64,000 nt of DNA from Octopus sinensis (lineage: Eukaryota): NCBI RefSeq assembly GCF_006345805.1, contig NC_043016.1, positions 10,540,001 through 10,604,000 on the forward strand. The letters are read 5' to 3'. Below are positions 52,748 through 64,000 of this stretch, one piece after another (within the stretch, counting starts at the first letter, position 1; each line of letters opens with the position of its first letter). Below the pieces are notes generated by a model. That model searched no databases. It worked only from the letters and a program-made list of their open reading frames with translations, and was not told the origin of the DNA. The position numbers and the translations under genes are program-made.

Positions 52748-53042
52748 TTAGCATAAATCTTTATTGCATTGCAAATTGCAAGCTTCCAAAAATCCCAACT
52801 GCACTCTGCAAATTAGTCTGTTGTGACAAGTAATGTTTAATAGTGTGTGTTCAAAGTGCTGTTGCAGTGGTCCCCTTCAATCTAGAAGAACAAAAGTTGG
52901 CAGGTCAGCTTATTAGATGGGCAGTAACATTATACAAAAATTACAATAACCTAGGGCATTTATAACTGCCTCTCTAAAAGAAAAAAACAGAAGCTTAAAA
53001 AGTTCTGGAATGCATCTTGTATTATATTGCATGGAAGTAGGT

Positions 53043-53345
53043 TTGTTTGTTTGTTCCTTCTCGAGCCATGCATGGCTCATAAGGGCCGGTTTCCTTGGCG
53101 TATAGGTTCCCCACCTGGATGGGACGCCGGTCCGTTGCAGGTTAGCTGCAAGATGCAGGAGGAAAGAGTGAGAGAAAGTTGTGGCGAAAGAGTCAGCAGA
53201 AATTCGCCATTACCTTCTGCCGGAGCCACATGGAGCTTAGATGTTTCGCTCATAAACACACACATATCGCCCAGTATGAGATTCGAACCAGCGATCCCTC
53301 AACCGCGAGTCCGCTGCTCTAACCTCTTGGCCATGTGCCTCCACT
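53043..53345 (-). mobile_element. SINE family E with a 12-bp TSD
   Basis: TSD atggaagtaggt occurs at 53031-53042 and 53346-53357. Confidence 0.88.
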
Positions 53346-54667
53346 ATGGAAGTAGGTGAGGGTCAGTGATAGGAAAGGTATTTAGCCATAGAAAATCTGC
53401 CTGAATGAATTTTGTCCCATGCAGGCATGAGAAAATATTCTTTAAAACAATAATGTGTGTGTAATATTTTTGAATGCGTGTACGTATGATTAAATTTTTT
53501 TCTGTGTAAGCACACTTATATCAATAGCATGTTTTGTTTATACGTTAAGAAATGGGTTATTGAACAGTGACAGCACTGGTGCATACCAGGATCAAACTCA
53601 GTTCTCATCCATGCTACCCCTGAAACTCATGAAGGCAACTCTCAACAAGTTTTTGATATCATGGTGTTGCCAACCATTCCATCCTCTCCCCAGTAATGTC
53701 TCAGATGAATCAGTCTAGGTTTTACTGGTCAGTAGGGTAGTCACACGATTGCACAATTCTCTTGTGTGTCCTCATTATATAAGAGTGTCCTCGTGCACCA
53801 TGTGACTGAGACTTGACACTGCTACTGCTACCTTTTAAGCTATTCAACCTATCTGGACTGTGGTTGCTCATTTCCTGGACATGCCAAGCAAACTCAGCTG
53901 TTCTGGTAATGTCTGATCATTGCTAATGTTTATTTCTCTCGACCATGGATGAATCCACTCTGTCAGAAGCTTCCAGCTTTTTCCTGACCCAGTGCCGCCT
54001 GACAAGCTCCTGTGTCGGTGGCATGTAAAAAGCACCATTTGAGTGTGGTTGTTGGCAGTGCAGCCTGACTGGCTCCTGTGCTGGTGATGTGTAAAAAGCA
54101 CCATTTGAGTGTAGTATTTCCGAGTGCCCCCATACTGCTGACACGTAAAAAGCACTCACTACACTCTAAAAGTGGTTGGTGTTAGGAAGGGTATCCAGCT
54201 GTAGAAACTTTGCCAGGTCAGACTGGAGCCTGGTGCTGCTTCCTGGCTTTGCCAGTCCTCCGTCAAACCATCTAACCCATGTCAGCATGGAAAGCAGATG
54301 TTAAACGACGATGTTGATGATGAACACAAAGGACTCAAATGCATTCAAGGAATCGGTGATCTGTGAATCACTGTGCTTGGTAGTTAGTCACAAGCATGGC
54401 ATGTTTTTCCATTTTTGTGTGCCATGTTGATACTGTTAAAACATTTGTGAATGAGAAATGTGAGAATTAAAATAAAACACTGGCATAAGCTAGATATAAA
54501 CTGATCGATGTAAACAGCGGAATCACCAGATTAAAGGTTCTCATCATCGGCTGAAATAAGTTTGTCTGTGGGGCAAAATGGTTGACTTAGTCTAGGTTCG
54601 AGCTTGACCGTTGTGTTAAGCACACCTAGATGTACATGAACGATATTGTAAGCTTTCTAAACATAAC

Positions 54668-54892
54668 TCTTTTACTTGTTTCAGTCATTTGACCATGGCC
54701 ATGCTGGGGCATCGCCTTTAGTCGAGCAAATCGACCCCAGGATTTCTTCTTTGTAAGCCAAGTACTTATTCTATCAGGCTCTTATGCCGAACTGCTAAGT
54801 TACGGGGACATAAACACACCGACATCACTTTTCAAGCGATGGGGGGGGGGGGGGGCAAACACAAACATACACACACACATACACACACACAC

Positions 54893-54950
<58 letters not shown>

Positions 54951-55105
54951 GCTTCTTTCAGTTTCCGTCTACCAAATCCACTCACAAGGCTTTGGTCAGC
55001 CCGAGGCTATAGTAGAAGACACTTGCCCAAGGTGCCACGCAGTGGGACTGAACCCGTAACCATGTGGTTGGTAAGCAAGCTACTTACCACACAGCCACTC
55101 CTATG
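54668..55105 (-). mobile_element. SINE family A
   Basis: Reverse-oriented full structure. Confidence 0.8.
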
Positions 55106-55546
55106 CCTAAGATAAATATTTGAGAAAATTGTTTTCACATATGTAACACTTAGCGTAGAACTGAATGCTATGGTAGTATGTGTTAAGCATTAGGTATACG
55201 CAGCAACAACTGAACACAAATGGGAAAAGAGAAAGAAAATGAGAGAGAGAGAGCAAGAGAGGCTCAGATAATTAATATGTTCTTAACTTTCTAAACAAAC
55301 AGGATGAAAACTATTGAAATTCAAGGTTGGGTTTCACTGGCAAAGACAATACAAACAACATAGACAGCACTGCAATGGTGTCTTACTTGAGTGCTGTGAT
55401 AACACGTCATAGTCAGCAAGATTTGAGAGATACATCTGCCTCTAATGAATGGAAAGTTTAGAGCAGATTATAAAATATATTGATAGTTATGATGATAAAC
55501 AAACTCTGTATGTGTGTGTGTGTGATGAAGAGGATGATAATGACAA

Positions 55547-55907
55547 TCTATCTTTATATATAAAACTTCGATTTAGATTCCTAACTACTCCCACATTTTG
55601 CGGTGCAGTTTAACCAAAACCGGGTATCTTATAGTCGTGATTCACATCGAGCCCTTCTGGGTATTAGCGCGCGTCTACGATGAGTCTACGATTTTAAAAA
55701 TTATTTACCATCATTTTTTTCCATTTTCATGCATTTTTTTTTAAGGGAAGTAACTCTCTAAAAATGTCTACGATGAGTCAACGATTTAAAAAAAATTTAC
55801 CATCATATTTTTTCCATTTTTAATGCATTTTTTTGCTATAACTCTCTAAAAATGCTTATATAGTTATTTCCCTTACAAACCCGAGCAACGCCGGGCGATA
55901 CTGTTAG
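55547..55907 (+). mobile_element. Non-autonomous Helitron-like element
   Basis: A|TC 5' end, subterminal hairpin cccgagcaacgccggg at 55880-55895, and a TTAG|T end (CTAG variant). Confidence 0.65.
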
Positions 55908-56459
55908 TTATATATAAAAAAAAAGGATTTTTTTTTTTTTAATCATTGACATGTTTTGTTACTACTACTACTACTATTGCTTTTGAGTTAGCGGGACAGT
56001 CCGCTTTTATGTTTTCCTCCCTTTTTCTCAAGAACAGAGTAATTTTTCTTGTTCAGCATAAAGCAGGTGTTTTCCAGTCACTATACTGCAAGCTCCCTCA
56101 TACGTTGCAATATTATATGAGGTAAATCAGGAATTGCCCAGGATATTTTTACAAAACTCATTGCAAGATATCCGTGCATCTATTTTTCGTTGCCATAAAA
56201 AAAAGCAATGCTTGTACCTATCTATTTCAAAATGGTTTTAGTTTTAAGATGGATTTCTTGTTCAACAAAACCGTAGAAGATGATATTTTTGTCACAAATA
56301 ACACTTTTAGCACCTAATTCAGTGTGCTGCAGATCACAAAAGTGTTCAAGGCTTATTGCAAAACTTAAAGGAAAATTTCTTTAACAAGCAAAAACATAAC
56401 TAGTTTTGGGTGAACTTCTTTAGAAAGATATTCCATCTAATGCGACTCTACACAGAAGG

Positions 56460-56805
56460 CTGTAGTATCATTTGACACGAACACGGTGTAAAGAATGTGG
56501 CACATAAAAAGCACCATCCGAACGTGGCCTGTGCCAGCGCTGCCTTGACTGGTTCTGTGCCAATGGCACGTAAAAAGCACCAACTGATTGTGGCCGTTGC
56601 CAGCTTCCTCTGTCCCCTGTGCCGGTGGCATGTAAAAAGCACTCACTACACTCTTGGAGTGGTTGGCGTTAGGAAGGGCATCCAGCTGTAGAAACATTGC
56701 CAGATCAGACTGGAGCCTGGAGCAGCCTTCTGGCTTCCCACATCTCGGTTGAACCGTCCAACCCATGCTAGCATGGAAAACAGACGTTAAACGATGATGA
56801 TGATA
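56460..56805 (+). mobile_element. SINE family B
   Basis: Conserved body and gatgatgat tail. Confidence 0.8.
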
Positions 56806-56813
56806 AACAAGAC

Positions 56814-57294
56814 TGTGACTTTATATGTCTTTAATGCCGGCCACATGTATATGTACACAAGCTGAATGATAAACAGAAGTGGTTAATGGACATTTATTCA
56901 TACGTCTACATGCATCTGCATGCATTGTATGTTTGCTGTTAACCCTGGTGAGAAGCTCATGAACAGCAATATGTTTGAACCAGTGCACTGTTGTTGGTGC
57001 TGTGTAGAGATGTTGTTGACAACATTGGTGAAAGACATGATGGTTGCGATGGAGATCGCTGTAACTTGGACTGTGGTTAGACCTTAGAAAGTCTGGAATC
57101 AACAGACTCCGAGACTAGGAGGAGGTGAGTTTTTATAGCTGACGGTAGGCTTAAATGTAGTTTAGAATGGACTGTCTCACATGATTTATTTGGAGGCTGC
57201 GATTGGTTACGCAATAGAGTAAGAGACAAATTGCACCAATCAGAGTGGTAGACATAACGGGGTCCAAAACAGCACCCAAAGGTTAGCTGTTACC
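56814..57294 (-). promoter_or_regulatory. Solo-LTR-like or promoter-like cassette
   Basis: In minus-strand order: two CCAAT boxes (57236-57240, 57201-57206), CTATAAAA (57131-57138), AATAAA (56893-56898), ATTAAA (56830-56835), ending in ACA. Confidence 0.4.
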
Positions 57295-57556
57295 TGCTAT
57301 GCTCGTATACTCTTTCTCTTTTACTTGTTTCAGTCATGTGACTGTGGCCATGCTGGAGCACAGCCTTTAGTTGAGCAAATCGACCCCAGGACTTATTCTT
57401 TATAAGCCTAGTACTTATTCTATCAGTCTCTTTTTGCCAAACTGCTAAGTTATGGGGACGTAAACACACCAACATCAGTTGTCAAGCAATGGTGGTGGTG
57501 GTGGTGGTGGGGGACAAACACAGACACATAACATATACACACACACACATACATAC

Positions 57557-57587
<31 letters not shown>

Positions 57588-57612
57588 ATATATATGTGTA
57601 TATATATATGTG

Positions 57613-57691
<79 letters not shown>

Positions 57692-57697
57692 TATATA

Positions 57698-58404
57698 TGA
57701 CGGGCTTCTTTCAGTTTCCGTCTACCAAATCCACTCACATGGCTTTGGTTGGCCCGAGGCTATAGTAGAAGACACTTACCCAAGGTGTCACACAGTGGGA
57801 CTGGACCCGGAACCATGTGGTTGGTAAGCAAGCTACTTACCACACAGCCACTCCTACACCTATGTATCTATGTATTATAGAGAGAGGAAGTTCACCAGAG
57901 TTTGCTACACTTTCCTAGCAAGAAACATCTCAGTAACATCTATATTTTCATAATTTCGACTTTTTCTCTTGCACGGAAAACCACTGCATTTCTTTATTGC
58001 AGTGGTTCTCAACGAATTTTTGCATATGTGCCTCTTTGATTCCTATTTTAGTGAACTGGACTCCCATTACCATTCTATGTTTAAAACAATCCTATTATAT
58101 TATGATAATTAAATATTATTAGGAATCGTATGAAAAACAAAAATGAAAATCGCTGCAATTTTTTTGTGTATTGTAGCAGATAAACTGATTTGTCACACAA
58201 AAATTTTAACAACAGAATCTTATATGGGCTCTGATTGGCAACCGCTGCTTTGTCGTAATTGTAAAGTAGTAGCAGTAGCAGAAGTAGTATCCACTTATTT
58301 TTGGCAAGTGCTTTATGTTTATATTGCTCTACCTGTTTGCAAAGTTCAGGTATGGATAACAATATTTGCTCATTCTTATCAATGTAAAGAAGTATCTAAA
58401 TCAC

Positions 58405-58435
<31 letters not shown>

Positions 58436-59733
58436 TGTGTATATTATATATATATATATATATATAATATATATATATTCATATATATGACGGGCTTCTT
58501 TCAGTTTCCGTCTACCAAATCCACTCACATGGCTTTGGTTGGCCCGAGGCTATAGTAGAAGACACTTACCCAAGGTGTCACACAGTGGGACTGGACCCGG
58601 AACCATGTGGTTGGTAAGCAAGCTACTTACCACACAGCCACTCCTACACCTATGTATCTATGTATTATAGAGAGAGGAAGTTCACCAGAGTTTGCTACAC
58701 TTTCCTAGCAAGAAACATCTCAGTAACATCTATATTTTCATAATTTCGACTTTTTCTCTTGCACGGAAAACCACTGCATTTCTTTATTGCAGTGGTTCTC
58801 AACGAATTTTTGCATATGTGCCTCTTTGATTCCTATTTTAGTGAACTGGACTCCCATTACCATTCTATGTTTAAAACAATCCTATTATATTATGATAATT
58901 AAATATTATTAGGAATCGTATGAAAAAAAAAATGAAAATCGCTGCAATTTTTTTGTGTATTGTAGCAGATAAACTGATTGTCACACAAAAATTTTAACAA
59001 CAGAATCTTATATGGGCTCTGATTGGCAACCGCTGCTTTGTCGTAATTGTAAAGTAGTAGCAGTAGCAGAAGTAGTATCCACTTATTTTTGGCAAGTGCT
59101 TTATGTTTATATTGCTCTACCTGTTTGCAAAGTTCAGGTATGGATAACAATATTTGCTCATTCTTATCAATGTAAAGAAGTATCTAAATCACTGCGTGTG
59201 TGTGTGTGTGTGTGTGTGTGTTAAATGTAGGTTTGCAGACACCCAGACACACACACACTCACATGCCCAAGTGTTTGTTATTTCTGGTTTGTCACACATT
59301 TTAATTTCCTAGATAAAACTAAACAAGGGTGTGTGTGTGTGTGTGTGTGTGTATGTTTGTATGTATATATGTGTGTGTGTGTATATCTATGTGTATGTGT
59401 GTATATATATATATGTGTGTATATACATGTATATATGTATGTATGTGTATATATGTATGTATGTATATATATGTGTGTGAATGTATATATATAATATGTA
59501 TATGTGTGAATGTATATATGTATATGTGTGAATGTTTATATATATGTATATGTGTGAATGTATATGTATATGTGTGAATGTATATATATATGTATATGTG
59601 TGTATGTATGTATATGCATGTGTGCATGTGTATATGTATATGTGCGTGTGTATATATATATGTATATGTATATATGTGTGTATATGTCTGTGTATGTGTG
59701 TGTATATTATATATATATGTGTGTGTGTGTGTG

Positions 59734-59778
<45 letters not shown>

Positions 59779-60489
59779 TAATATGACGGGCTTCTTTCAG
59801 TTTCCGTCTACCAAATCCACTCACATGGCTTTGGTTGGCCCGAGGCTATAGTAGAAGACACTTACCCAAGGTGTCACACAGTGGGACTGGACCCGGAACC
59901 ATGTGGTTGGTAAGCAAGCTACTTACCACACAGCCACTCCTACACCTATGTATCTATGTATTATAGAGAGAGGAAGTTCACCAGAGTTTGCTACACTTTC
60001 CTAGCAAGAAACATCTCAGTAACATCTATATTTTCATAATTTCGACTTTTTCTCTTGCACGGAAAACCACTGCATTTCTTTATTGCAGTGGTTCTCAACG
60101 AATTTTTGCATATGTGCCTCTTTGATTCCTATTTTAGTGAACTGGACTCCCATTACCATTCTATGTTTAAAACAATCCTATTATATTATGATAATTAAAT
60201 ATTATTAGGAATCGTATGAAAAACAAAAATGAAAATCGCTGCAATTTTTTTTGTATTGTAGCAGATAAACTGATTTGTCACACAAAAATTTTAACAACAG
60301 AATCTTATATGGGCTCTGATTGGCAACCGCTGCTTTGTCGTAATTGTAAAGTAGTAGCAGTAGCAGAAGTAGTATCCACTTATTTTTGGCAAGTGCTTTA
60401 TGTTTATATTGCTCTACCTGTTTGCAAAGTTCAGGTATGGATAACAATATTTGCTCATTCTTATCAATGTAAAGAAGTATCTAAATCAC

Positions 60490-60520
<31 letters not shown>

Positions 60521-61025
60521 TAAATGTAGGTTTGCAGACACCCAGACACACACACACTCACATGCCCAAGTGTTTGTTATTTCTGGTTTGTCACACATTT
60601 TAATTTCCTAGATAAAACTAAACAAGGGTGTGTGTGTGTGTGTGTGTGTGTGTATGTTTGTATGTATATATGTGTGTGTGTATATCTATGTGTATGTGTG
60701 TATATATATATATGTGTGTATATACATGTATATATGTATGTATGTGTATATATGTATGTATGTATATATATGTGTGTGAATGTATATATATAATATGTAT
60801 ATGTGTGAATGTATATATGTATATGTGTGAATGTTTATATATATATGTATATGTGTGAATGTATATGTATATGTGTGAATGTATATATATATGTATATGT
60901 GTGAATGTATATGTATATGTGTGTATGTATGTATATGCATGTGTGCATGTGTATATGTATATGTGTGTATGTATGTATATGCATGTGTGCATGTGTATAT
61001 GTATATGTGTGAATGTATATATATA
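57698..61025. repeat. Tandem triplication A-(AB)-(AB), with periods of 790 and about 1297 bp
   Basis: tgacgggcttctt occurs at 57698, 58488 and 59784. Copies differ mainly in homopolymer and microsatellite length. Confidence 0.9.
58000..58247. mobile_element. hAT-type MITE (one in each triplicated copy)
   Basis: TIRs cagtggttctcaac and attggcaaccgctg. The 8-bp flanks ctttattg and ctttgtcg match at 6 of 8 positions. Confidence 0.65.
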
Positions 61026-61620
61026 TATACTGTGCCGGTGGCCTGTAAAAAGCTCCCACTACACTCTCAGAGAGTGGTTGACATTAAGAAGGTCATCCAG
61101 CTGTAGAAACATTGCCAGATCAGATTGGAGCCTAGTGCAGCCACTTGCTCTCCAGATCTCAGTCAAAGCATCCAACCCATTCCAGCATGGGAAAACGATG
61201 ATGATGATGATATGTGTGTGTATATGTATGTATGTGCATATATGCATATATGTGTGTGTATATACACATATACGTATATATTTATGTTTTTGTGTATGTA
61301 CATAGAATGCTGTCTTGCTGCTTTCTGTAACCACCAACATGCATTTATGATGCATGAACCAGCATGTGTTGCATCTTTTATGTTTCCAAGACTAAAATTC
61401 CAGTCATCAAAATGATATTTTGCCAAAGTTTTAAACTGTGAATTTATCCCAATGTTGTATTCTTCCATACTTGCACTTGTTTCAGTCATTTGACTGTGGC
61501 CATACAGAAGCAGTGCCTTTAGTTGAACAAATCGACCCCAGGACTTATTCTTTGTAAATGGATCTGGTAGACAGAAACTGAGAGAAGCCCATCATGTATA
61601 TATATATATATATATATATA

Positions 61621-61795
61621 ATTTACAAAATAAGGGCAAAAGAAAAGTTCTAATGCCAAATATGCCGAAAAAAAAGACAAAATTGTCAATAGCCATTATA
61701 ATTTACGCACAAATTATAATGGTTATTGACAATTTTGTCTTTTTTTTTTGGCATATTTGGCAATAGAATTTTTCTTTTGCCCTTATTTTGTAAAT
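61621..61795. repeat. 175-bp palindrome with a 6-nt loop
   Basis: Arms 61621-61704 and 61711-61795, with about 4 mismatches. Confidence 0.88.
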
Positions 61796-62229
61796 TATTT
61801 ATGAATTTGACCTTTAAATGTATTTTTTGATATGCTGGGCATTGATAAAATTTTGTTCCTGAAAAAATTTTATCCTACATTAGTTATATCATCATCATCG
61901 TCGTTTAGCGTCCGTTTTCCATGCTAGCATGGCTTGGACGGTTCTACTGGGGTCTGTGAAGCCAGACGGCTTCATCAGGCCCAGTCAAATCTGGCAGTGT
62001 TTCTACGGCTGGATGCCCTTCCTAACGCCAATATATGTATATATATATATATACACATACATTTGTGTGTGTGTGTGTGTGTGTGTCTATGTTTCTCCCT
62101 GCTCCATCACTTGACAACCGATATTGGTGTGTTGACATCTCTGTAACTTGTCAATAACTGGTTATTGACAATTTTGTCTTTTTTTCGGCATATTTGGCAA
62201 TAGAATTTTTCTTTTGCCCTTATTTTGTA

Positions 62230-62279
62230 AAGCCTTGTGAGTGGATTTGGTAGATGGAAACTGAAAGAAGCCCGTCGTA

Positions 62280-62310
<31 letters not shown>

Positions 62311-62520
62311 GTGTGTTTGTGTGTCTGTGTTTGTCCACCTAGCATTGCTTGATAACCGATGCTGGTGTGTTTATGTCCCTGTTACTTAGCGGTTTGGCAA
62401 AAGAGACCGATAGAATAAGTACTGGGCTTACAAAAGAATAAGTCCTGGGGTCGAGTTGCTTGATTAAAGGCGGTGCTCCAGCATGGCCGCAGTCAAATGA
62501 CTGAAACAAGTAAAAGAGTA
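62230..62520 (+). mobile_element. 5'-truncated SINE family A
   Basis: Starts at aagccttgtgagtgg and keeps the tail. Confidence 0.8.
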
Positions 62521-63367
62521 ATATATATGATGGGCTTCTCTCAGTTTCTGTCTACCAGATCCACTCACAAGGCTCTGGTTGGCCTGAGGCTATAGTAGAA
62601 GACATTTGCCCAAGGTGCCATGCAGTGGGACTAAACGAGGGACCATATGGTTGGGAATCAAGCATCTTACCTCACAGCCACACCTGTATGTATGTTATAA
62701 TCATACTTCATTTGAAGAAGAGGTGGAATTGATGAGAAGATAAAGTTTCTTTGTAAAAACTCTTGAAGTCTTTATTTGAAAAGTGTATCCATATAGGTGC
62801 AGCAGGTGTCGTTATGATTAATAAGTGGTTTGTTTCACAACCAATTTGTTCTGCGCTCAGTCTCTCTGTATGGCACCTTAGGCAGCTAAAGTCTTGCAAA
62901 TAGATGAGTGGATTTGGTTGGAGGAAACTGAAAGAAGCTCGTGTGTGTGTGTAGATATATATATGCGTGTGTGTGTTTGTGTCTCTTTGTCTTGACATTG
63001 TATGATAGCTGTAAAATGATTGTGAGTCATACAAGAAGTGTAATTCATTTCCAACATTCTACTAGAACCTGTCTGGCCATCAGGAGGGTTTGTAACTGGT
63101 GAGGCATCTGACTGTAGAAAATTTGCTTCAACTCCATCCAACCCATGCAGGCATGGAAAAAGTGGATGTTAAAATGATGATGACAATGATAGCAGCAATG
63201 GCAACAACAATGATGCTCTGCAGGTGTTCATCTTATTCTGGGTTCTTAAATTCTACATTGCTTCATTCCATCCACTCAGCTGTCCATGCAGAATGACTAC
63301 CAAACTCTCTGTGATAAACTGGTGTTCCCTCTTGGAAGAAGTTTATCTCTAATTTGGTTAATATTAT

Positions 63368-63600
63368 TAGGCGGCGAGCTGGCAGAATCGTTAGCACACC
63401 GGGTGAAATGCTTAGCGGTATTTCGTCTGTCGTTACGTTCTGAGTTAAAATTCCGCCGAGGTCGACTTTCCCTTTCATCCTTTCGGGGTCGATAAATAAA
63501 GTATTAGTTACACACTGGGGTCGATGTAATCGACTTAATCCCTTTCTCTGTCCTTGTCTGTCCCCTCTATGTTTAGCCCCTTGTGGGTAGTAAAGAAATA
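63368..63600 (+). mobile_element. Full-length SINE family C
   Basis: Runs ggcggcgagctggcag...gtaaagaaata. Homologous to 18393-18624. Confidence 0.85.
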
Positions 63601-64000
63601 AATATTATGAAGTTGTGGTTGAATGAACACTAGTTATTGAGAGACAGCCTTACACCCTGAGAAAGTATGCTGTTTGATGCCCACCTCCCCTGTTAAAATG
63701 CATTCATCTCAACCATAAACCCCTTTTCCGTCACCTCTACATTTGGTTTACTACACAATCAAAATCCAACTTTTTCACCTAGCCTTAACAGTTACGTATT
63801 TAAAAATGATGTAAACTTGGTGTTATATCTCGTATCAAAAGACTAGGATAGCAACCACCCTCACCCTTCCAACACACACACACACACACACTGAGACATA
63901 TGTTTCTGGTTTGCTTTGGATGACATAAACATAAATCCAAAATATCTATTATCATGTATGTAATTTATAACCAGTGCTGGCCATTTGCAACAGCTGTTCA

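Noticed and set aside
55293-55345. 23-nt micro-exon candidate (cag|gatgaaaactattgaaattcaag|gttgg) compatible with the exon 1 phase
   Set aside because: It is too short and the acceptor is weak, so it cannot be distinguished from chance. Candidates near 28020, 32400-32585, 42160 and 56075 were likewise unsupported.

Overview
AT-rich, repeat-dominated eukaryotic DNA. The SINE families and the density of (TA)/(TATG)/(GATA)/(TG) microsatellites resemble Octopus, but that is recognition from memory and was not verified by a search. Only one host coding exon is well supported: a + strand first exon at 24026-24396 (signal-peptide-like N-terminus, GTAAGT donor, possibly TTC17-like) inside a CpG-rich island. 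A possible divergent first exon lies on the - strand at about 21134-21264, and I found no convincing downstream exons. The rest is SINEs (family labels A-F are my own), LINE relics (Tx1/L1, RTE, CR1), Penelope-like relics, Tc1/mariner, hAT, piggyBac-type MITEs, a Helitron, palindromes and local tandem duplications. Most ORFs in the supplied track are microsatellite or SINE artefacts. The main highlights are: (1) a young 5'-truncated Tx1-clade LINE with (GATA)n arrays at both junctions, suggesting GATA-microsatellite targeting; (2) minimal hammerhead ribozyme motifs in Penelope-like inverted termini; (3) a Penelope GIY-YIG frame missing from the ORF track; (4) head-to-tail concatemers of retroposon 3' ends; (5) a MITE dimer that appears to move as one unit; (6) long near-perfect palindromes in the presumed intron. 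Boundaries of old repeats are approximate (about +/-20 bp).
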